DNA of 64,000 nucleotides from Hyaloraphidium curvatum SAG 235-1 (Eukaryota; Fungi; Monoblepharomycota), in the NCBI GenBank assembly GCA_025558095.1, contig JAIVFI010000002.1:372001-436000 (forward strand). The letters are read 5' to 3'. Position 1 is the first letter of the stretch. Every line of letters begins with the position of its first letter. Shown one piece after another: positions 45,701 through 54,384 of this stretch. The notes beneath the pieces are model-generated. The model searched no databases, was not told the DNA's origin, and was given only the letters and a program-made list of their open reading frames with translations. The translations under genes were made by a program, and so were the position numbers.

Positions 45701-46111
45701 CATGCGCGGCGGCGTAACGACTCCAGGGTCGGCACTGGCGTGGCTGAAGCGCATCCTGCGCCGCCGCGGCGTCACGGTCACCGAGGACGTGGAGGAAGAC
45801 ATGACGTCGCAGATCTGCGCGGCGTGCTGGGAAAAGGTCGGCAAACAACACCCGAAGAACGGGCACTACCAGATCAAGGATTGCAGAAATCCGGATTGTT
45901 TGATCAAGTGCTGGAATCGGTTCGTTGCCTTGGGTTCTCGTCACGCAGCTCCTGACACTTCGGCCGCAGGGACGTCATGGCTGCCACCAACATCCGCACC
46001 ATTGCCTTGTCGGAGATCCTCCACGGAGGCAGGCCTCCCGTGTTCTACTCGACGCGGAGGGCCAACTTCGAGGGACGCGATCCGGCGGGCGCGGGTGTCA
46101 TCGTCAACTAG
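42799..46111 (+). CDS. Fanzor1 (TnpB-like RuvC nuclease) C with Cys/His-rich N-terminus; one frameshift at ~44693
   Basis: RuvC-I VAGLDPGRKDI, RuvC-II VEEDMTSQICAAC, ZnF CRNPDC, RuvC-III WNR|DVMAATNI across intron 45920-45969; LILAFG. Confidence 0.9.
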
Positions 46112-46400
46112 GGTCTTTTGGCCCTCCAACGACTCTGCGTGTGTGACGATCCCGCTCAACGGTCAACTCTTGCGATCTTGAGTTCGCTCTCGAAAGCAAG
46201 GGTCGTGGCCGATCCGATCCCGACTGAGCTATGCAATGATGTTTTGATCGGGCGGGGCATCTATCCGCGAGCTCGGTCCGGGCGATCAGTGATCCTGAGA
46301 AGACCCCGGCGGGTGGGAGCAGGAACCAAAACAATGGAGGTAGGGTTCATTGCTCCGGAGTCGGCGTAACCAATCGCCGTAGTACGAGCAGGATGCCGGG
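46111..46400 (+). ncRNA. candidate omegaRNA of Fanzor C
   Basis: Dense hairpins right after the stop: gggtc/ggccc, acgactct/agggtcgt enclosing gag-TTCG-ctc, ggagca..gaacc/ggttc..tgctcc, cggcg/cgccg. Confidence 0.45.
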
Positions 46401-46966
46401 AGGTATTGTGGTTGGCTTAGTTGTGGGTCAGAGGCTCCCGTTCATTCTGTAAACGGTACTATGTTGATCGGCTCCACTGCAAAAACGGGGGGGACCAAAT
46501 GCCCCGATTTCGGCGCGATTCGTCTAATCCCAGCGGCATTTTTGGGCTGCGGCCGGACAGGTGCGTCCACGTGAACGCGGGAAAGGGCCTGCGGGAAGGG
46601 AGACGCCCTTGCGGCCGGGACGTTTGAGCCGGCCGCTTGGGACGCCCGCTGGGCCGCCGCTTGAGCTGGGGATGACTTCTTTTAGATGACGAATCTGAAA
46701 GCTGGGCCACGAGCCTAGCATACGATGTCACGTACGAGGCATTTGTCTGAAGCTCGAAGACGCTCCGCCTCCTCGCGAAGCTGTTTGTTGGGACCGTTCT
46801 AACGCTACGCCTTCTCCAGCAGCTCGTTTACCCGTCATCTCGATTGTTCCTTGATTTGTGGCAACAGGGGGCTCGGGCGCCGCGCTGAATCGGTCATGGC
46901 AGCCATTCAGGGGGAATAGAAGTCTCTTCGGTAGCCTGCCAAGCAAGTCCCCATCCAGGCCGTACA

Positions 46967-47817
46967 TCACGCCGAAGCCATGTTAACTCCTTGCTTCTTC
47001 TTTGGATTGGCAATCGTCCTCGGCTTCTGTCCGAGCGCCTCCGCGACCCCGACGCTCCTCAGGGTGGTGCCCCGGCAGACGCCGCAGTACTCGATGGGCA
47101 TTGTCCGCGCGGCTTTGATCGCCGCGGCCCGTGCGGCTTCCTCGGCGCCGTCGCCGGGTTCCGACGGTTTCCCGTACTTTGCCGCAATCTCCGACTCCCA
47201 CAGAACGATGCGCTCGTGCGCGCCAGAAAGCCCGGTCCCCTCGCACCATTCGCAGCTTTCGTAGTCGGCTGAATCATTAATCAATGAGCATTCGACGAGG
47301 CAAGACATACCGGCTGTCGAAGAAGTCGGAGGCGAGTGTGGCCACCGCCTCGAACATCGGGCGGTCGAGATCGGGGCCGAGCACGGCGACGGCCTGCTCG
47401 TACCCGAGCCATTTGCGCATTTCGGCCCTGTCCACCGTGGCGAGGTCAACTTCATCGACCTTGGACGCGTTGTCGACGAAGCTGACAGGGGAGGCGGCGA
47501 ATGGCGGTCAGGGCGCCGACGCGTCGATACCTGTACTTGAAACCCACAAGGCGCCCTCGTGGAAGCTGAAATAATAAATGTTCCGGGGCCCGTACTGCAA
47601 GACCTTGGTCTTCCTGACGTTGAAGTAGTCTGACGGACGGAGTGGCTTAGGAACACGGCAGCGACGAGCGCGGGAGGGGTGACGGCTTACACCACTCGCA
47701 GATATGGCGCGGCATGAACAGCACGAGCCACTTGCTATTTTTGAAAGTGACCTTTCCGAAGCGGTTCCTCGGCGGTACCAGGGGAACCGGCGCCGCCGGA
47801 GCCGCCGCGGTGGCCAT
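46967..47817 (-). CDS. hypothetical 4-exon protein with CxxCxG motifs
   Basis: Three short GT-AG introns join MATAAAP...ICEW|YFNVRK...|FVDNAS...|DYESCEWCEGTG...CGVCRGTT. Confidence 0.55.
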
Positions 47818-47906
47818 TGTATGCGTTGTGGGACCGTGGGACCGAGGGACGGCTGTTGACCAAGTGTTGTCGTCATTGAGGTATTGACGATCACATCCTG
47901 ACATAG

Positions 47907-50342
47907 TCAGATCTTTGCAACCGCTCTCTCCGGCCTCGAGTCGGCCGCCTTGATCGCCCGCACCTCCTTCCTCGCCCTCGCTTCCCAGGCCAGCACGCGT
48001 TTGCGCTCCACCCCAATGGCCTCCCAGCCCCACCATCCCGACCCCATCCAGCGCCGGCGCAGGTGGCGCTGCACCTCCTCTAAGGGGGTGTCGGGCTCCT
48101 CCGGGACCAAGCGCCGCAGATTTCTCAGCGGGCCAGCATCGCCGTCCGTGGCCAGGTCCCAGCAGAGCGCCAACACGGGCGAGAGGTCCCGGGCGTCGGG
48201 CTTGGCGAGGTAGTACGGCTGCCGGAAGGCGTGCATGTCGGCGATGGTCCGGAACGCGGCCTCGTGGTCGCCCGTGCGCGCGGCGCCGTTGGCGAGGCCG
48301 ACAAAGAAGCGGGACCACTCCTTCCGGCCTCGGCCCTCGTCGGCGCGGCGCTTTTCGCGCTCGCCGGGGCTCAGCGAGAGCCGCTCCAGCGCGGCCTCCT
48401 TCCGTGCGTCCCAGTCGAACAGGTGCTCGCGGAAAAAGGCGTCCCCGTGCCTCGCCATGAGCCGCGCATCGTTGGTGACGGCCGTCGCGACGTAGAACCT
48501 CGAGAGCCCGCCCCACTCCTGCCCCTGGAGCAGCGGTTCCAGCACCTCCATGGTCTCGACCAGTTTCAGGCGCAGGAGCGGGTGGCGCCCGTGTAGCTCC
48601 AGGTAGCGGTGCACGGCGGCCGCGCCAACGAGGCGACCGCCCTTGGAGCCGTCTGTGTGTCGGTCTCTGCGTACCATCCAGTTAAACAGGGCCCTGCACT
48701 CTGCTACGGCATCGTCGACGCTCGCGATGCCGTGCAGCAAGTTCGGGAAAGGAGGAAGGGCGCCCTCGGCGCGCTCCTCCGGAAAAGTCAGTAGGACGGC
48801 GGCCGGAGGCACCGTTGGCGGCGGGTCGTAGGCCGGGGGCAGATCGGCCGGTTCCGCGGGCTTCCAGCCCGCCGCGGCAAAGAGGTCGCCCGCGACGTCG
48901 CCGAGCGGGACGGCCACGCCGTCAAAGGGCACCGGGCCCCCCAAGTCCGACCCGTCCTCGGCGCCCACGCCCGACTTGCGCGCGAGCCGCCGCCGCTCGA
49001 GCCACTCCGCAAACGGCAGCACTCGCCTGGAAGCGGCGGGATCGCGGGCGTGGTCCCGGATCCTGCGGCCGCGTGTTGCGCGCTCGACCTCGCCCTCGAG
49101 GTGCACGAACCAGTCCCCCACCGCGTACGCGTACGCCATGAGCATGTTTGCCGCGAAGCGGTCGTCGGGCGCGATCTCTGGGTGCGCCATCGCGGCGTTC
49201 CAGACGTCGCGGGCGCCCAGCAGGTCGCCCGCGCGCGCGCAGGCCACGAGCAGGCCGTCGTAGGTGGCCAGGCTCGGCACGAGGCCGCGTGCCAGCATCT
49301 GCGCGAGCAGCCTGAAGGCTTCGGCATGGAAGTCGGGGCGGCGCATGCACGCGGCGATTGCGGCGGTGTACGTGAATGCGGTGGGCTCGATGCCCCTGTC
49401 GCCGACCATCTCGGCGTGCAGGTCGAGAGCGCGTTCGGCGCTGCCGTCCTTTGCGGCGCACGACATCATTGTGGCGTACAGGTCCCTGTCTGGCAGGATG
49501 TTGAGGGCGTTGCGTGCGTGGTCGAACGTGCGCCACGCGCGGGCCAGGTCGCCCGCGTCGACGCAGCCGGCGATGAGGGTCGTGAAGATGTGCAGGTTGG
49601 GAGCGATGCCGCGCGCCTTGAGGTCCTCGTACAGGCGGTATGCGGCATGCAGCTTGCCGGCGTCGACGCAGCCCTTGATGAGCGTGCCGAAGGTGTGCTC
49701 GTTTGGGGCGACGCCCGCGGCGAGCATGGCGCGGAAGGCGGCGGCGGCGGCGGGCAGGTCGCGCGCGCGCACGTGTGCCAGCAGCACGCCGTTGTGCGAG
49801 CGCACGTCCGGAGCGAAGCCGAGGTCGGGCAGCAGCTCGAAGGCGTCGAGCGCGGCGGCGGTGCGGCCGGCGAGCGCGCAGCCGTGGATGATGCGGTTGA
49901 CCTCGAGCAGCAGCGCGGGCGCGCCCCCGCCCTCGGCCCCGCCCTCGCCCCCGGGTGCCTGCTCGCCCGCTAGCCCGGGTGCCTGCGTGGGTGCCCCGTC
50001 TGCCCCGTCGGCGATGACCGGCTCGAGGGCGGCGAATGCGGCGCGCAGCGACAGCAGCCGCGGGTGCGGGGGCGGGTGGCGGGGCGCGGGCGCGGGCGCG
50101 GCCACGGCGTGCAGGATGCCGTCGGCGAGCAGCGACACGCGGGCGGCGGGCGGCCCTCCCGCGGGCGGCGCCGCCTCGAGCGCGTCGGCGCGCGCGCGCA
50201 GCCCGCGCAGCGTCGCAGCCGCAGCCGCCTCGCGCCGCCGCCGGAACGCGTTCGCCGCGCGCTGCCGCTGCTTGGCCGCGCTGTGCTTGGGCCGCGCCCA
50301 GCCGGGGACGGGCACCGGCGGCCGGCGGAGGTGTCGAAGCAT
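47907..50342 (-). CDS. PPR protein (Ccm1-like), mitochondrial
   Basis: Canonical tandem PPRs (PDVRSHNGVL, PNEHTFGTLIKGC, PNLHIFTTLIAGC, PTAFTYTAAI). Confidence 0.9.
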   Translation of the reverse strand: MLRHLRRPPVPVPGWARPKHSAAKQRQRAANAFRRRREAAAAATLRGLRARADALEAAPPAGGPPAARVSLLADGILHAVAAPAPAPRHPPPHPRLLSLRAAFAALEPVIADGADGAPTQAPGLAGEQAPGGEGGAEGGGAPALLLEVNRIIHGCALAGRTAAALDAFELLPDLGFAPDVRSHNGVLLAHVRARDLPAAAAAFRAMLAAGVAPNEHTFGTLIKGCVDAGKLHAAYRLYEDLKARGIAPNLHIFTTLIAGCVDAGDLARAWRTFDHARNALNILPDRDLYATMMSCAAKDGSAERALDLHAEMVGDRGIEPTAFTYTAAIAACMRRPDFHAEAFRLLAQMLARGLVPSLATYDGLLVACARAGDLLGARDVWNAAMAHPEIAPDDRFAANMLMAYAYAVGDWFVHLEGEVERATRGRRIRDHARDPAASRRVLPFAEWLERRRLARKSGVGAEDGSDLGGPVPFDGVAVPLGDVAGDLFAAAGWKPAEPADLPPAYDPPPTVPPAAVLLTFPEERAEGALPPFPNLLHGIASVDDAVAECRALFNWMVRRDRHTDGSKGGRLVGAAAVHRYLELHGRHPLLRLKLVETMEVLEPLLQGQEWGGLSRFYVATAVTNDARLMARHGDAFFREHLFDWDARKEAALERLSLSPGEREKRRADEGRGRKEWSRFFVGLANGAARTGDHEAAFRTIADMHAFRQPYYLAKPDARDLSPVLALCWDLATDGDAGPLRNLRRLVPEEPDTPLEEVQRHLRRRWMGSGWWGWEAIGVERKRVLAWEARARKEVRAIKAADSRPERAVAKI

Positions 50343-50367
50343 TCCTGCGTCTATTTGTTTAGGCTGC

Positions 50368-51554
50368 TCACAGCTGCACCCCTTGTGCCCGACTCTCAAA
50401 GAACCGTGCGAGCACCTCGTCCGACGCGCGCCCCGACGTGATCTCGCCCTCAAACACCTCGCGCTCCAGCCGGTCCATCGTCGTCCGCACAGCCTCGGAC
50501 GCACGCAGCTGGTCGATCAGCGCGTCAGAGATCTGCCGCCACATGGCCTGCCGGACCGATCGGTGAGCGTCCGCGCCTCCGACGCAAGACAGCACGCCCC
50601 GCCCGAGATCCCACCTTGACGTTCTGGCGCCCGCGCTTCTCGTCCCACTCGCCCTTCTCGACCATCACGCGCTGGTACTCGCACATCGCGTCCCACACCT
50701 CGGGTATGCCCTTGCCCGTGAGCGCGGAGACCCGCATCGCCCGCGGCCGCCAGTGCGGCGACACGGGCGGCAGGTACATGAGCGCGGAGCGGTAGTCGGT
50801 CTGCCCGCCGGGAGGAGTGTCACACGAATTGCCCACGTCCGGCGGTGTACGGCGGGGAGCCGCCCACCTGGGTGCGCGTCGCCTGCGCCTCGAGCTCGCC
50901 GTCGGCCTTGTTGACCACGAGCAGGTCCGCCAGCTCCATGACGCCGCGCTTGATGCCCTGCAGCTCGTCGCCGCCGGCAGGCGGCACCATCAGCACGTAC
51001 ATGTCCACCATGTCGGCCAGGATGACCTCGGACTGGCCCACGCCGACCGACTCGACAAACACCGTGTCGTAGCCTGCGGCCTCGCACAGCAGGATGGCCT
51101 CCTGCGTGTTGCGCGCCACGCCGCCCAGCGCGCCGCGCGACGGCGACGGCCGCACATAGGCGGCGTCCGCGGCGGCCAGCCGCTCCATGCGCGTCTTGTC
51201 GCCGAGGATCGAGCCGCCGGTGCGCTGCGACGACGGGTCGATCGCCAGCACGGCCAGCCGCCGGTGCGCGCCCAGCAGGTGCACGCCGAACGCCTCGATG
51301 AACGTCGACTTGCCGACGCCCGGCGGGCCGGTGAAGCCGATGCGGAACGACCGCCGCGCGCGGCCGTACCGCGCCCGCCGCGCGTGGCGCAGCGCCGCCG
51401 CGAGCAGCTCCTGCGCCGCGAGGCGGTGGTCCGCGCGGCTCGACTCGACCAGCGTGATGGCCTTGGCCAGCGCGCGCCGCGACCCGCCGACGAGATCGGC
51501 AAACAGCGCTCGCGCCTCGGCCGCCGCAGCCTCGGCTGCTAGCCCGGCGATCAT
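50368..51554 (-). CDS. MMAA: methylmalonic aciduria type A GTPase (MeaB/ArgK family)
   Basis: [53 protein letters not shown]; two introns. Confidence 0.95.
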
Positions 51555-51666
51555 TGTTGGGCGGGATACCCGGGGTATGCTTATTGACTTGTTTACTACC
51601 TCCCTTCCTTCTTGCAGCTACTATATTGTCTCATACTCAATACGCTGGGGCCGGGGCTAGCACGTT

Positions 51667-52719
51667 ATGCTGCGAGCGCTTGTCAGGGGCGTCCACGCTC
51701 CTGCCGGCAGGCGGACGCCGGCTCCTGCTCGCAGTGCCGCCCGCCGCTTCCTGTCGGCGGACGCCGCGGCCGCGATCAAGAGGACCCCGGCAGAGGCCGC
51801 CGCCCGCGTGGCATGCCTCCATCTGGTGCTGTCGCGCTGGGGTTTGGAGCGCACCTGGGACGCGTGGAACGGCCCCGAAGGAGGAGATCCGCGGCAGCGC
51901 GAGCTCGTGCGGAACCGCATCGCGCAGGGGTTCGACCTGCTGATGTCCAAGGTTTACTCCACCGGAGCGCACGACCGCATGACGCCCCGCGAGAAGCAGC
52001 TGATGGACTTGGACCTGGGGACGTGGTGTGCCAACAAGGAGCGCGAGGTGGAGGGACGCTGGGAATCGGCCGGCATGATCTGCTGGGCGCTGCAGCTCAC
52101 GGGGGCCGCGGTGCCGCCGTACTGGGAACCTTTCGAACGCAAGGAGCTGTTCCAGGCCACCGGGATCCAGCCGTCCGTGCCGGACAGCGTGTCGCGGTTC
52201 CTGGACGGGCGCGTGCACGCTTTCCGGCCTGCCGGAGATATCGCGGACGCTCTGCGGACAGCCGAGGTCTGGTACTGGCGTGCAAGGGCCCAGAGCGTGT
52301 GGGAGCTCAAGCGCGACGTGCTGGAACCCAGTGCAGCGGACAGTGATCCGGAGCTCGAAGCGAAAAGGAAGGAGGCTCGGAAGCGCATCCCCAAGGCGCT
52401 CAAAGATGTGGCCAACGGCATCGAAGGTGCGATCGGCCAGGCCGCGGTGCGATGCGCGGAGGACGGTCTGATCCCCAGAGAGGTCGGCGGCGACTACGGG
52501 GTCCAGGTGGCCGGCACTGGAGAGGCCGGCACCGGAGGGGCCTCCGCGTGGGCCCGCTACTCGGAGCTGGATCAAGCAAGCATCGACAAATTACGGGAGA
52601 TTGCCGAGTATCGCTGCTCGGCCCTGGGATGGCTCGCAGGCCACGAATGGGATAACGACGGCAACCTCGCGTTCGTCAGCCCGCTTTCCATTTGGCAGCC
52701 AACGGAGAATGCGACATAA
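51667..52719 (+). CDS. uncharacterised protein, DUF4272-like, with possible mitochondrial presequence
   Basis: RWESAGMICWAL and EYRCSALGWLAGHEWD resemble DUF4272 motifs (recalled, not searched); intronless. Confidence 0.5.
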   Translation: MLRALVRGVHAPAGRRTPAPARSAARRFLSADAAAAIKRTPAEAAARVACLHLVLSRWGLERTWDAWNGPEGGDPRQRELVRNRIAQGFDLLMSKVYSTGAHDRMTPREKQLMDLDLGTWCANKEREVEGRWESAGMICWALQLTGAAVPPYWEPFERKELFQATGIQPSVPDSVSRFLDGRVHAFRPAGDIADALRTAEVWYWRARAQSVWELKRDVLEPSAADSDPELEAKRKEARKRIPKALKDVANGIEGAIGQAAVRCAEDGLIPREVGGDYGVQVAGTGEAGTGGASAWARYSELDQASIDKLREIAEYRCSALGWLAGHEWDNDGNLAFVSPLSIWQPTENAT

Positions 52720-52781
52720 CGGATCGCTCCTGCGAACACCATTCTCGCGGCTTTGCACCCAGGTCCTGCTGCCAAAGCGGA

Positions 52782-54072
52782 TCACGCTTGCAAATGCAAT
52801 TTGCCTGCTTCGGGGACGGCTGGCCTGTCGGGTATCATCGACCGATCAATCCCGTACATGTCGACGGCATCCTGGCGGGCGGGATCAGGCTTCCCTTCCA
52901 AAAGTAGGGCGGGGCACGGCACGGACAATACCTTCCAGTCGCCATAGGTCAAGTTGAATATGAGCTGCCGCTTGCCCTGCTTCGCGGCTTGCTGGTTCTC
53001 TGCCTCGTATCCCTCGTCTATCTCGTTGCTGTCCTCTAGAGCGTGCGTGAACATAGAGAGGACCAACGGATCAGCGCGCCCGTACCGATGTAAAGCAGTC
53101 CGTCCTCTTCCGATACAGCGCACCGAACCCGATCGTCGCGCACGAGAAAGGAAACGAAAAAGAGGTTCTCGACCGTCTGGCCGAACCCCCGCACGGGATC
53201 GGGGTTGCAGATGAATCTGAACAGGTCGACGGGGCCACCTGCACGATGCACCTCGTTCTTGAGGCACTTGTGCACCCCCTTGACCAGCTTGGTCGTTTCC
53301 TGAACGGACTGCTTCTCCAATTCTTCGGCGCTGACCTGTCAGGTTTCCCGGTGGGTCGCTGGCGGCATTCGCCGGGGCCGATCGCGCTCACTTCCGCCAC
53401 AACCACGGCCTCTTGGTTCCGCTTCCGCTCCCCGACCTTGCGCTCCCGTTTCTCTTTGGGTTTGACCTCCAAGGGTCCGAGCCTGTCTGGGTCAGTCGCC
53501 TGTGCGCCGGCTCCGGAGCAAACACCCACATAAAGCCCAGTGCCGGCGGACGTCGGCTGAAGGTGAACGCCACCTGGCCGGCGGCTTTCCAGTCCAGATC
53601 CGCACGGTCCCCGGCCCCATACGCGAGCTTCGCTGCCACCCGTTTGATGAAGTCTTCGACGTCGAACTGGCTGGAATCGGTGCGCAAGTTCTCCGCCTTG
53701 ACTGCCGCAATGTCCGCAATGGTCTTGAGGACCTTTGAGTCGAGAACGGCCTCCTGGGTACGCTGGACTGCAGGGAGTGCTCTAGTAACGCTTGACCCGA
53801 GACGTAGTCCCGCCACCACCTTTCTTGTGCAGCTTGTCCACGCGCCGCACGTGCGATGCAAGATCGTAGCTGTCGGCATTCAAGAGAGATTCCTTTTCGC
53901 CTGGACAGGCCGTGAGCGCGGGATAGGGGAAAGTGAAACGGGCGTCCCAACGCTCGAGGTTCTCCAGCTCCTTCCGGTAGTCCCTCCGAATCTCCCGAAT
54001 CGTCGCCTCGTCCTGAGCCGGCATTTCGGGCAGCTCTGCCGGCTCGTCGCCGGCATCGCTGTCGCGGGACAT
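52782..54072 (-). CDS. NSE4: Smc5/6 kleisin Nse4 (multi-exon)
   Basis: REIRRDYR, EAVLDSKVL, LFRFICNP...FGQTVENLFFVSFLVRD, QLIFNLTYGDW. Confidence 0.88.
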
Positions 54073-54128
54073 CGGGAATGGTTCACCTCGTCACTAGCTT
54101 ATGGTGGTCTGTGTTAGCCTAACTCATA

Positions 54129-54384
54129 CACAGTTTCCTACGGAACCCTTATCCATCCTCGGAAACTTTTCGAGTGCTAAAAGAGGTCCCTAAAAGGGTA
54201 GATCAAGCCATGATCACGATCTGTGATTCGGCTGCCCAGACGCGAACGTCCGGGAGTGTTGGTGAAGATGTCCGTTCACCAGAGCCCGGCGAGCGATCCC
54301 GATCGCGTCGCACAAGGTAAGGTGTCCGGAGAGGAAGGAAGCAATAAATAGTGTCCAGGAGGCACCCGATGAAGGTAGCGCCCT
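54129..54384 (-). ncRNA. candidate omegaRNA of Fanzor B
   Basis: Between the stop and the putative element end; minus-strand hairpins tggtgaa/ttcacca, cccggacg-TTCG-cgtctggg, agcc..atcac/gtgat..ggct, ctcg/cgag. Confidence 0.45.

Larger units (their letters stand above)
41400..47880. mobile_element. Element C: Fanzor1-containing accessory block (boundaries uncertain)
   Basis: Fanzor plus two orphan genes between two host PPR genes; no transposase or clear TIR seen. Confidence 0.45.

Noticed and set aside
41400-46730. Terminal inverted repeats for block C
   Set aside because: Only short CTAAAG/CTTTTAG words at ~41420 and ~46679; no convincing TIR or TSD pair
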